Assembly (NCBI GenBank): GCA_951406725.2
Contig: OX597814.1
Coordinates: forward strand, 7,688,001 to 7,752,000
Direction: 5' to 3'
Length of the DNA stretch: 64,000 bases
Source: Octopus vulgaris
Lineage: Eukaryota
This document shows positions 27,900 to 39,986 of the stretch, piece after piece (the first letter of the stretch is position 1; each line of letters begins with the position of its first letter). Made by a program: the position numbers and the translations under genes. A model generated the notes under the pieces. The model worked only from the letters and a program-made list of their open reading frames with translations, did not search any database and was not told where the DNA came from.

Positions 27900-28246
27900 T
27901 CTCTCGTTTTATCGAATTAGTTTCACTTTAATCGCTGCAAACGTGCAAAGAGAAAGTCGCAAAAATGAGTGATAGCGTGAGTGAATGAGATCGCTCCCTT
28001 TTTATGTGTGTGCGTGTGCGTGTGGTGTAAACCACATTAAGAAAAGCATTTGACATACACACCAGAATGTGAGTTTTCTGTAAATTTTGCTTAATTGGAG
28101 TTTAAATTTTAAAAACTGGACCTGGCATGACCCGATGCATTCTACTCTTAAAAATGCTAGGTAAATTGTAATTGAAGAAATCCTATACTGTAGATTTCTA
28201 TAAGTTACAAAGGGAGGCAGATAAAATCTGCCTTTTATAATAAGAG
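27900..28246 (-). mobile_element. Helitron-like 5' portion
   Basis: TCTCTTATTATAAAAGGCAGATTTTATCTGCC; reverse complement of 62169-62400. Confidence 0.65.
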
Positions 28247-28247
28247 A

Positions 28248-28459
28248 TATATATTATATTAAATTAGAGATAAAACCACTATTGGGAAAATCAAACAGTG
28301 AAAATACATAGAAAAAAATTAATTAAAAAATATAAAATATAAATATAAATATATAAAATATAAATATAAAAAATATAAAATATAAAATTCCAAAATAAAA
28401 ATATTTAAATTAAAGTTAAAATTTTTTTAAATATTTAAATAATTTAAACTTATAAATTT

Positions 28460-28496
<37 letters not shown>

Positions 28497-29594
28497 TTAT
28501 TTTATTTTATTTTATTTTATTTTTTTTTTATAACAATCAAAAAGTATTAAAAGTTTAATATAAGATAAATATTAAAAACACTACGATCGTTTCATGCCCT
28601 TAACCAATTCGAATAACAATAATTTAAATTCAATTAGTAATTCGAATTATGGTTACAGTCAATCTTCAGGTTAATTGTAACATTTAATAAGTAATCAGAA
28701 ATATTTAAACAATATTTTTAAGAAATAAATAATATAATAATTTTACTTATAAAAAACTCTATTATCAAACTAGAAACTTAACGATTATGATTATATCAAA
28801 ACATTAATAATAATGTTAAGTATTAATTTTAATTTTTAAGTATTAATTTTTAAGGTAAGAAACCCACCAATAATCTAATATCAGTAATAGTCAATATCTA
28901 ATTACATAAATATTTTACAAAAAAAACTATTATATTATTAAAAATATAAAATTCAAATAATATACAAATTATCAATGAAAATATATAAATGTATATATTA
29001 TAATTAAGATCTAAAATAATCTCTATAAATATATATACACATATAATAAAGACCCAATAAATTAATTTTTCATATTTAAAGATGAAATAGCTAATTTCAA
29101 AAATACAAACAAACAATCTTAAACGAACGCTATATCAAATTAACTATCTTTATATCTCATTGGCTAAATAATAACTTACAGAAATCTTATTCTTAAAATA
29201 CTTAAAGAAATAATCAATTCGTAATACTATAAATATATTTATCAATGGGAATAATAAATCTAGCAAATATCAATTTAAAAAGACAATAGATAAGTTAAAA
29301 TAATAATTATAAGAAATTTAAAACTACAATTAATGCTATTAATACATATATATACATAAACCTTGCTATCAAACAACATATCTATCGCTAAGTAAATTCT
29401 AATGAATAAACTTAAAGTTAATATCTAATAATTATATAGAAAATTACGATAATTAGATCATTACATAAACAACGATACTTACATAAATATTATTACACCA
29501 TAAGACTTATAAAATATTAAAATTCAAAGATCTTAAATATAAATATATATATATAAAAAAATAAATAAAATAAAATAAAATAAAATAAAATAAT

Positions 29595-29683
<89 letters not shown>

Positions 29684-29978
29684 CGTTTCAAGATTAATTT
29701 CAGAAATGAAAGTAAGTTTAAATTATTTAAGCAATAATTTTTAAAATTCAAACGCTATGCTTAACTTTAATTTAAATATTTTTATTTTGGAATTTTTATA
29801 TTTTATATTTTATTATTTTATATTTATATTTTATATTTTTTAATTAATTTTTTTACCCTCTATGTATTGGTATTTTATATTTTATATTTTTATATTTATA
29901 TTTTATATTTTTTAATTAATTTTTTTCTTATGATTTTCACTGTTTGATTTTCATAACAGTGGTTTTATCTCTAATTTA

Positions 29979-29990
<12 letters not shown>
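28248..29990. mobile_element. AT-rich foldback element with long imperfect terminal inverted repeats, probably Penelope-derived
   Basis: The left arm tattatattaaattagagataaaaccact..aaaatcaaacagtgaaaat is mirrored at 29930-29985, and the mirror extends ~280 bp or more inward. Confidence 0.75.
28579..28672 (-). ncRNA. Hammerhead ribozyme motif with long stem II
   Basis: CTGAAGA, then the hairpin taacc..aattcgaat / attcgaatt..ggtta, then GAAA, palindromic cgatcg and TA. Stem I is weak. Confidence 0.55.
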
Positions 29991-30013
<23 letters not shown>

Positions 30014-30109
30014 TTAGAGGAAAACCTCTATTAAACTATTATTATTATATATGTATGTTCGTTTGTTTTCCACCTGCCTTCGTCTTTTGTCTATTTTCAT
30101 AAAGCTTCC

Positions 30110-30154
<45 letters not shown>

Positions 30155-30199
30155 TAAGGCCTCTCGCTCAGAACAAAAGGCAGACTGTATGATGCATGT

Positions 30200-31075
30200 G
30201 TATGAACAGCCATGCTACATGGCAGTGGATATGCGTAAGCTTGCAAGAAATGAAGCCAGTATGCTCCGATGGATGTGTAATGTCAGTGTTCATACTCGAC
30301 AGAGTGTAAGCGCCCTGAGAGAAAAGTTGGACCTAAGAAGCATCAGTTGTGGTGTGCAAGAGAGACGACTGTGCTGGTATGGTCATGTGGCGAGGATGGA
30401 TGAAGATAGTTGTGTGAAAAAGTGCCACACCCTAGCGGTTGATGGAACATGTGGAAGGGGTGGACCCGTGAAAACTTGGGACGAGGTGGTGAAGCACGAC
30501 CTTCGAACTTTAGGTTTCACTGAGGAAATGACTAGAGACTGAGTCCTTTGGAAGTGTGCTGTGCGTGAGAAGACCCGGCAGGACAAGTGAGACCAAAACC
30601 CATGGCCTCTACCTGGGATGTAGCCAGTCCACTTATGCATACCATTCCTTCTTGGGAAACAAAACTCTACTTGTGAAGACCAGTTGAGGCAAGTGAAAAT
30701 CGAAATCAAAATCGAAATCAATCAACATCAATGGAAATTGTAGCTGTGATACCAGTGCTGGTGGCACATAAGAGAACCATCCGAACGTGGCCGTTGCCAG
30801 CGCTGCCCCGAATGGCCTCCGTGCCGGTGGCACGTAAAAAGCACCATCCGATCGTGGCTGTTTGCTAGCCCTGACTGGTCTCCGTGCTGGTGGCATGTAA
30901 AAAGCACCCACTACACTCCCGGAGTGGTTGGCATTAGGAAGGGCATCCAGCTGTAGAAACACTGCCAGATTAGACTGAGCCTGGCGCAGCCTCCTGGCTT
31001 CCCAGACCCCAGTTGAACCGTCCAACCCATGCTAGCATGGAAAGCAGATGCTAAACGATGATGATGATGATGACC
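30200..31075 (+). mobile_element. 5'-truncated RTE LINE 3' end with 3' UTR and (GAT)n tail
   Basis: RNEASMLRWMC...RRLCWYGHVARMDED...KTWDEVV. Confidence 0.85.
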
Positions 31076-31213
31076 ACCACCACCACACAATCATGAGAAC
31101 AAATATTATGAATCAGATATTTATTGGGTTAATTTATATATGTATTTGTGTGCGTATTCTATATATAAATATGTATATATAATGTATATATACAAAGTGT
31201 ATATATCTGTATT

Positions 31214-31245
<32 letters not shown>

Positions 31246-31251
31246 TGTGTG

Positions 31252-31291
<40 letters not shown>

Positions 31292-31424
31292 TAAGTGGAG
31301 AAAGATAGAGTAAGAGAAAACGAGGGAGAATCCAAGAGAGAGTGGGAAAGTGAGAGAGAAATGAGAGAGAAACAAAGAGGGAGAATGTGGCGATACAAAA
31401 CAGAAAGGAAGACATGTATGTATG

Positions 31425-31499
<75 letters not shown>

Positions 31500-32256
31500 T
31501 AGAAGAAATGAGGTAATCAGAAGATCGGATGGTTCATATTTACAGGTATTCATTTATATATTACATTTTTTACATATATATATCATATCATTCAAATCAT
31601 ATCATTCAGATCATTAGCGCTTTCTCCCATTCTAGTAGGGTTTTCAAATCAAAATAATTCCTTTGTGGGGAATTTTAATCATTTTATAGAGTTTCGTAGT
31701 GGTGGGGAGGAACAAGACAGCACAAGAGGGAGATGTGGATGAGGAGGAAGTGAGAGAGAGAACATGTGTGTATGTGTGTGTGTGTGTTCGTTTGTATCTG
31801 AGGCTAAAGAGAAAGAGGGGAAGGGAGAGGGAAGAAGAAGGATTTCCTTTGGCCTACTGGACCCCAAGGGAGTTCTAAGAATTTTCGATTTGTCCATTTT
31901 AGTGTTACTGAGTGTGTGTTGGTGGGTAGGCAGGCCATAAATTACACCTTTTATGATTTTGAGGATGGTCAAATGCCATTTGGGGTCTAAGAACTATTTC
32001 TACTTTGTATGATCGTTTTGTGGAGGTGTGTGTGTGTGTGTGTCTCTGTGTGTCCGTGTGTGTTTGTGTGTGTGTGTATGCGTGTGTGTGTGTGTCTCTG
32101 TGTGTTTGGAGAAGGGGAGAGAGACAAAAAGAGAAAAGGGAAAATAAAAATAAAAATAAAAATAAAAATAAGGGAGGAAGAGGAGAAGAAAAAATCTTTT
32201 TGTGTTGATATTTATACCACTATATATATATACACAGACTTATACATGAAATATTT

Positions 32257-32715
32257 GAAAAAAAACCTTTTATCGGTTCAAAATGAATAACCAAATTACT
32301 CCATCTTGAAAATTGTATATCATAGGAAAGTTAAAATTAAAATGACAATTAAAAAGTAAAGATGGAAGTAAATTATAAAAATAATAATATAATGTATATA
32401 ACAGGCAATATATATATATACATACACACATATATATATACACATACAGACATATACTAAATGTTCTACTATATTAGATTGTATATCGAAAGATGCGTCC
32501 TTCAATGTCACTATATATATAAATACATGCTTACATATGAAATATTAGAAAAAAACCCACCTTCTATCGAATCAAAATGAACAATCAAATTACACCATCT
32601 TGAAAATTGTATATCATAGGAAGGTTAAAATTAGAATGACAATTGGCAAGTAAAGATCAAGTAAATTGCAAAAACAATATAATGTATATAACAGGTAACA
32701 CATATATACACACAC

Positions 32716-32758
<43 letters not shown>

Positions 32759-32813
32759 TACATTAAATGTTCTACTATATTATATTGTAAATCGAAAGAT
32801 TTGTCCTTCAATG
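32257..32813. repeat. Two imperfect ~260-290 bp direct repeats just 3' of the Penelope ORF
   Basis: caaaatga..aattac.ccatcttgaaaattgtatatcatagga.. occurs at ~32279 and ~32573, and the similarity continues to tccttcaatgt. Confidence 0.8.
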
Positions 32814-32829
32814 TATGTTGAGTAAAGTT

Positions 32830-35780
32830 TCAGCCATTTAATTTGGGGGAGAACTTAGCTATGAAATATTTTTCCATATTCTTCCTGAAAGAGGTGTCGT
32901 TCTTCGGACACTTGTAGAAGGGAAAGATCTTAAATTTACCTTCTCCACATGTAGCTAGGTGTGTACTTAGTGGTATTTTGCGTAGTTCTTCCTGCCGAAT
33001 ATGTTGTTGGTGAATCCTGGCTCGCTGGCACAAAGAATTACCAGTTTCACCTATGCAATCCTCCTTGCACGTGGGGCAGGTTATGCAGTATATGACGTTC
33101 TGCATCTTGCAGTTCATATCTGCATTTACTTTGAATATGTCACCATTTTTAAATCTCATCTCTCTGTTACCCTCTATGTATTTGTAGGTGGGGTTGCTGC
33201 AGATCCCACATCTACCATCTCCGCACTCTTTTGCAAAGAATTCCGTTTTAGTTTCTGAAGAGAATTTCGCTCTTGTTAGGTGTTTCTTTAGGTTTTTGTC
33301 CTGTCGTCTACTGTTTTTTATGCTATATTTGTTTAATATGTTTTTTCATTTTGGGGCTTTGTAAGGCTATTGGTAGGTTTGAATGTATGGTTTGGAAGAT
33401 GTTGGTAACTCCAGGGTTGTGTGTGTTTATAAAAGAGATAGTGTTTTCTTTGTTTTTTGTTTTGGGTGTCCTGAGTTGTGCGATGTCTAGTTTTAATGCT
33501 CTTGTGATTCCATTTTCTATTAGTTTAAGGGGGTATTTTTGCTCTAGGAGGAAGTTTTTGAGTTCATCTAGTCTTATTAGTCGTGTTTGTGAATCAGTTA
33601 CTATGCTACATATTCGTCTTGCCATACTATATGGGATGTTTCTTTTTGTGTGGGATGGGTGGCAGGAGTGAAAATTTAAGTATTGATGTGTGTCAGTTTT
33701 TTTGTAGTGGATGTCTGTTGTGACGATGGAGTTGTGTATTTTGATGTTGATGTCTAGGAAAGGGAGTTCGTTGTGGCTGATATCTATTGTGAAGTTGATA
33801 GATGGGTGCAGCGTATTGAGGATGTTGTGGAATGTTTGTAGGTCCTCTTCTGATCTGTTTCAAAAGATGAAGCAGTCATCGAGGTAGCGTTTCCACTTTT
33901 TCTTGATGTCTTCTCTGAAGTCGTGTTCGAAGACTTTCCCTATTTCATCGTATAGTTTGTTCTCCAGGAAACCCATCACCAGGTTGGCATATGAAGGTGC
34001 GAATTTTGTACCCATAGCTGTGCCTTTTATCTGTCGGTATGTCTTGTTGTTGAATGAGAATATGTTTTCTTCGAGTATTAGTTGGGTGGCTTGGGTGATA
34101 AAGTTTTTGTCTTGAAGCGTTCATCTATAAGTTCTCTGTATTTTTCTATTGATTGTTTTATAGCTTCTAGACCTAGGGTGTGTGGTATGTTTGTGTATAG
34201 GTTTGTGACATCAAAGCTTGCAAGTATGGTGTTTTTCGGGACTGTGTTTGGAATGTGTGTGAGGAAGTCTATGTCATCCCTTATGTAGCTTGGTATCTGT
34301 GGGCATAAAGGTTTGAGGAGTATATCTATGAAGTGGCTTAGTTGTTGTGTTGGTGCCTGGGGTCCTGCCACTATTGGTCTCATTGTGAGGTCTGCAGGCC
34401 TTTGTACTCTTATATAGTGGTTCCTCTGTTCCTTTATGGCTCTCTGTATTTCAGAGCTTTTATGAATTTTAGGTAATCCATAAAAGTTGCTTTCTTTGGT
34501 TTGTGAATTGCATAGATAGTCTTTCTCCTTATCTGTAAAGGAGTCCTGGTATTCATTGACTAAAGTTCTAATTTTTTTTATTGTTGTTTTCTCCGGTGGT
34601 GTTGGTTCCTCTTTATAATATGTCTGGTTGTTCAGTAACTCAAGTATCTTTTCTTTGTAGTAATCTGTGTCCATAATTACTATTGCTCCACCTTTGTCAG
34701 CTTCTTTTATAATGATCGATTTGTCATTTTTTAGTTTTTGTAAGACTTGTTTTTCTTCTCTGCGGAGATTCTGTTTGCATTTGTGTGTGTGGAGAGGGAA
34801 TTTGGATATTGTTTCTATGTATGTGTCAAGGTGTTTGTCACTTCCCTTGTAAGGGGTGAAGTGGGATTTTTTTCTTATGATTGAGTTATCTTCTGTTTCT
34901 TTATTTTCAAAGAATTCCATAAGGCGGAGGTAGTGGCTGAAGTTGTCTATATCAGTTTTTAGTTCTATGAGGTTTGGAGTGGGTGTGGGTATAAATTTGA
35001 GGCCTTTTAGTAGTAGGTTCATTTCATTTTCGTCAAGTTCTCTTTTAGATAAGTTTATTATTTTGGGGTCTATGTGTTTTGTGAGTTCATCCGGAATTTT
35101 TGGTGTATTGGGTCTGGAGTATGGTTGAAGTATCCTCTCCCTAAAAAATGGGTTGTGTTGTTACGTCTCCAAATTCCCTTTTCAGTTCTTAGGTTTTCTT
35201 GTAGTTGGGGTGGTCTGTGTGATCTGTATGTGTTGTTTTGTCTTTGGTAGTTGTTTTCTTCCCATCTTCTGTGTTTGTTGAGCCAATATCTATTACTGGG
35301 GTTCAGGTTTCTTTGTGGGTAGGTGGATGGTTCATGTATTGTGTTTGTATTGTATTGATAGTGGGAGTTGTTTTTTATCCATCTTGGAAATTTGTGGGGT
35401 TGCATGGGGTTGGTGTTTGTGTGGTTTCGATTTCCTCGATGTTTGTTGTAGGTTATGTGTTGATTTCTATCCATTTGTATATTGTTCCATGTGTGTGTCC
35501 CTTTAGGGTGTCCAGTGTTATGTGTTGGTGGTTGTTCCTATTCTATTTGTTCTCTCCAAGTGTTATAGGTTGTTGGTTGGATGTATTGCGCTCGTCTTGC
35601 TGTTGGTGTGTTTGTTTTTGTGGGGTTTGGGGTTGATGGTTGTCTTTCATATTTTGTGTATCTGTTAATTGGGGGGTTCGGCAGTGTAAGGAGCAGGATT
35701 TTGGTTTGTGTTTGGTAGGGCTTATTTGGATGTCTGGGAGTCCAATATGTTTGTGGTGTTGGTTTGTTGTATCTATTCAA
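32830..35780 (-). mobile_element. Penelope-like element (RT plus GIY-YIG), frameshifted; Neptune-like Cys linker
   Basis: KGLKF.PTP, ADKGGAIV, FYGLPKIHK, RPIV, FDVTNLYTNIP, GTAMGT, RYLDD, PFLD, the linker C.DGRC.IC, and VIYCITC..C...IGET. Confidence 0.9.
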
Positions 35781-35890
35781 TTGTATATATATATATATGT
35801 ATATATATATGTATATCGTCGTTTAACGTCCGTTCTTTAAACGATATACATATATATATACATATATATATATATATAGATATGTATATA

Positions 35891-35927
<37 letters not shown>

Positions 35928-35931
<4 letters not shown>

Positions 35932-38496
35932 TCATCATCATCATCATCATCGTTTAACGTCCGTTTTCCGCGCTAGCACGGGTTGGACCGTTCGACCGGG
36001 GTCTGGGGAGCCAGGTGCTGCCCCAGGCTCCAGTCTGATCTGGCAGTGTTTCTACAGCTGGATGCCCTTCCTAACGCCAACCACTCCGCGAGTGTAGTGG
36101 GTGCTTTTTACGTGCCACCTGCACAGGTGCCAGAGGGGTCTGGCATCGGCCACGATCAGTTGGTGCTTTTTTTTTTTTTTTTTTGTGCTACCGGCACAGA
36201 AGCCAGTCAAGGCGGTGCTGGCATCGGCCACGTTGAGATGTTGCTTTTTATGTGCCACCGGCACAGAAGCCAGTCGGGGCGGTGCTGGCATCGGCCACGT
36301 TCGGATGTTGCTTTTTATGTGCCACCAGCACAGAAGCCATTCGAGGTGGGGTTGGCATCGGTCACGTTCGGATGGTGCTTTTTATGTGCCACCGGCACAG
36401 AAGCCGGTGGAGGCTGCACTGGCAACGGCCACATTCGGATGGTGCTTTTTATGTGTCACCGGCACAGGTATCACAACTACTGTTTCCATTGATATTTGGT
36501 TCGATATTCATGTGCCACCGGCACGGAAGCCATTCGAGGCGGGGTTGAGGTATCACAACTACTGTTTCCATTGATATTTGGTTTGATATTCATGTGCCAC
36601 CGGCACAGAAGCCAGTCGGGGCGGTGCTGGCATCGGCCACGTTCGGATGTTGCTTTTTATGTGTCACCGGCACAGGTATCACAACTACTGTTTCCATTGA
36701 TATTTGGTTCGATGTTCATGTGCCACCGGCACAGAAGCCATTCGAGGCGGGGTTGGCATCGGTCACGTTCGGATGGTGCTTTTTATGTGCCACCGGCACA
36801 GAAGCCAGTGGAGGCTGCACTGGCAACGGCCACATTCGGATGGTGCTTTTTATGTGTCACCGGCACAGGTATCACAACTACTGTTTCCATTGATATTTGG
36901 TTCGATGTTCATGTACATGCACTTGACTCGACAGGTCTCCTCAAGCACAGCAAGATGTTCCGGGATCCAAGGTACTTTGGATGGGCAGGGGGTATGCGGA
37001 ACTGGTGCCGGGAGCATCCCGGGTCTTAGTAGTCACAGCACATCTCCAGAGGTCTCGGTCCTTCGCCATTGCCTCAGTGAGGCCCAACGCTCTGAGGTCA
37101 TGCTTGACTACCTCATCCCATGTCTTCCTGGGTCTACCTCTCCCCCTGATTCCTTCAACTGTTTGGGAGTGGCACTTCTTCACACATTTCTCCTCATCCA
37201 TCCGCAGTACATGACCATACCATCGCAAGCGTCGCTCTTGCACACTGCATCTGATGCTTCTTATGCCTAGCATTTCTCTCAGGGTGCTTACACTCTGTCG
37301 TGCATTCACACTGACATTACACATCCAGTGGATCATGCTAGCTTCATTTCTTTCAAGTCTACGCATGTCCTCTGCAGTCATGGCCCATGTTTCACTGCCG
37401 TGAAGCATGGCAGTTCGCACACATGCATCATACAATCTACCTTTCACTCTGAGTGAGAGACCCTTTGTCGCCAGTAGGGGTAGGAGCTTTCTAAACTTTG
37501 CCCAGGCTATTCGTATTCTAGTGGTAACACTCTCTGAGCATCCACCCCCACTACTAACTTGGTCACCCAGGTAGCGGAAACTATCAACTACTTCTAGTTT
37601 ATCCCCCTGGAGTGTGATGGAATCAGTTTTTTGAGTGTCTGTGGTGTCTATTGTCCCTTTGCATCTGCCGCACATGAAAGCTATCTTATCAGTTAATTTC
37701 CCTTTGATGTTGCTGCACCTCTTATGCGTCCATAGCTTACATTGGGTGCATCTTATGGAGTTTCTACTTACACCTTTCCTACAGCTTGAGCAGGGCCATC
37801 TGCCCGATGGGGGGTGTACTGAGTTCGCCTTTCTGCATACTATAACTTTGGTCTTCGCTACATTTACTCTAAGGCCCTTAGATTCTAACCCTTGTTTCCA
37901 CATCCGAAATTTCTTTTTAGTTCCGGTAGTGATTCTGCTATGAGGGCCAGGTCATCAGCATAGAGGAGCTCCCAGGGGCAACCTGTTTTGAATTCCTCTG
38001 TTATTGCCTGGAGGACTATGATGAATAAAAGGGGGCTGAGGGCTGAGCCCTGATGTACACCTACTTCTACCTGGAATTCTTCACTATATTCATTGCCAAT
38101 CCTAACCTTGCTGACAGCCTCTCTGTATAGAGCCTGTACAGCCCTTATTAGCCATTCGTCAATCAACAGTTTCTGCATTGACCACCAGATAAGGGATCGG
38201 GGAACCCTGTTGAAGGCTTTCTCCAAGTCCACAAAAGCTATGTAGAGGGGTTTATCTTTAGCTAGGTACTTCTCCTGCAGTTGTCAGACCAGGAATATAG
38301 CATCAGTGGTGCTTCTACCCGGCACAAAACCGAACTGCATCTCATCTAAGCAAATTCTCTCCCTAATGAGATGGGTTATGACCCTCTCTGTGGTCTTCAT
38401 CACCTGATCCAACAGTTTAATACCCCTGTAGTTATTTCTATCTAGAGCATCGCACTTACCCTTGTAGCAGTTGACTATGGTGCTGCTACGCCAGTC
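35928..38496 (-). mobile_element. Relatively young 5'-truncated RTE LINE with an expanded 3' UTR
   Basis: NYRGIKL, QFGF.PGRSTTDAIF, DLEKAF.RVP, GVHQGS.LSPLLF, LLYADDL, FRYLG, RLRWYGHV; few disablements; (GAT)n tail. Confidence 0.92.
36100..36910. repeat. Complex minisatellite of ~60-65-bp units in the RTE 3' UTR
   Basis: Recurring gctttttatgtgccaccggcacagaagcca and aggtatcacaactactgtttccattgatatttggtt modules. Confidence 0.9.
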
Positions 38497-39300
38497 AAAA
38501 TGTTGCACCCATTCCAAAATGGAACAAGGGCTGTAAATGAGGATCATTTCTATTTCCTTTGTTTCTTGTAGAATATTGTTTTTTGGTAAATTCCAAGAAT
38601 ATCAACATAAAACAACAAACAACAAATACATCAACCAACCTTCAGAATTTCCGTGTCATTACTTAAAACCATGAATTTAACAACTTTGATCTGGTTTGAA
38701 TTTAGATCTGAGTAGTTTTTCACTGCTTCATACATTGTTCTGGGTAGATTTTCAATGGGGTACCTCAGTACCCCAGCTCCTAATATAGGAAATGCAAGGC
38801 TTCTAGCTTCCATTCTCTCAGCAGTTTCCAGACAAGTGATTATTATTTGAGTCAAGTTTGCCAGAATCTAAAAAAAATAATTGTTTAGTAATTGATAATG
38901 AACATTTTATTAAGTTATTTTTTTATTACAGGAAGAAACCATTAAGTTGTAATAAATATATCCTCCTCTCACAACTCCTCTCACTTCTACCACTTCTAAA
39001 CACAACTGTCATTCCTATCACTCTTTAGTCCTGCAAGGGACAAGGCAACCTCAATCATGATGCTGCTACAATAAATCAGACCCAATCCACCATGTAAAAT
39101 GGTTGTTGAATGAAGAGAGACAATGCAGACCCAAGAGGAGTCTTTAGTGTTGTTGAGGACATGACAACCTCTCTAGTGCTCGTGCCATGACAGAGAAAAA
39201 CTCACCAATACAGACAGTAAAACAGAGAAATATGTTTTAATATAGTCTTATTTATCAGTCACATAACTGTTGTTAGGCCATGAGGCTTTTTTCCTTCTAT
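38490..39300 (+). repeat. Duplicated block around exon C (partner 61358-62169)
   Basis: Intron flanks align directly with 61358-62169. Confidence 0.95.
38640..38867 (-). CDS. Exon C (macrodomain C-terminal half), paralogue of exon C'
   Basis: Same splice sites and length as C'. Translates ILANLTQIIITCLETAERMEARSLAFPILGAGVLRYPIENLPRTMYEAVKNYSDLNSNQIKVVKFMVLSNDTEILK. Confidence 0.88.
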
Positions 39301-39477
39301 TTATATATAAAAGTGTCCTGTTCATCGATATCTTCTGCTTCCTTCCAATGATAACTTGGAAGAACAAATATTAAACAGGATGCTGACATTTGCTTTATGA
39401 TTCTCACACAACATGCATAAGGTTCTCTTCAAACATTAACTGTTTCAATAAATCAATATCATATTATTGATACTTAC

Positions 39478-39705
39478 TAAATGAGAAGAATTTTCATTCC
39501 AGTCAGGTAATGCCAGATGAAATACTTTCTTACATTTGAGGTTGTATCCTTTAGTGATGGCTATTTCAGATGTAGAAATACCTTGAGGATATTTCTGGTT
39601 ACATTCAACTTGTATCTGTGAACCAGCAGCATTGAGAATATATTTGGAGATAGAACCATTGTTAAGCTGAAGGTCTCCAGCAGTGCTATTAACAATGACA
39701 TCAAC
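39478..39705 (-). CDS. Exon B (macrodomain N-terminal half); absent from the ORF track
   Basis: tttttatag|GTTGAT...CATTTA|gtaagt, 228 nt, phase 0/0. Translates VDVIVNSTAGDLQLNNGSISKYILNAAGSQIQVECNQKYPQGISTSEIAITKGYNLKCKKVFHLALPDWNENSSHL, with the classic DVIVNS / AAG..Q.EC / T.GY.L.CK.V.H...P.W pattern. Confidence 0.9.
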
Positions 39706-39986
39706 CTATAAAAATAATTAATGGTAAACAGCTAAGGAACATTCCATGGAGAGAAGAGAGATACATTGTTGCAGTTGATATTGTTGTTAAGAAAGGCTCT
39801 ACAGAATGGCTGTAGTAAGTTTGAGGTTGTTAAAGTTAGCAAAAGATATACTCAAGATATCAGATGTGAAGGAAATAAAATGTTTGAGTTTGATTGAGAA
39901 AATGTTTTAATTAACTGTAATGATTCCTTATTTGGAAATGAAATAACAATTAAATATAAATAAGTTACATGAATCTATTTACTCAC

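Noticed and set aside
28700-29530. AT-rich tract as a mitochondrial insertion (NUMT)
   Set aside because: No recognisable mitochondrial gene, rRNA or tRNA, and it is enclosed by the foldback arms.
36100-36910. CRISPR-like array (conserved ~29-bp motif with intervening segments)
   Set aside because: The intervening segments are related or repeated rather than unique spacers. The array sits in an RTE 3' UTR in eukaryotic DNA with no cas genes.
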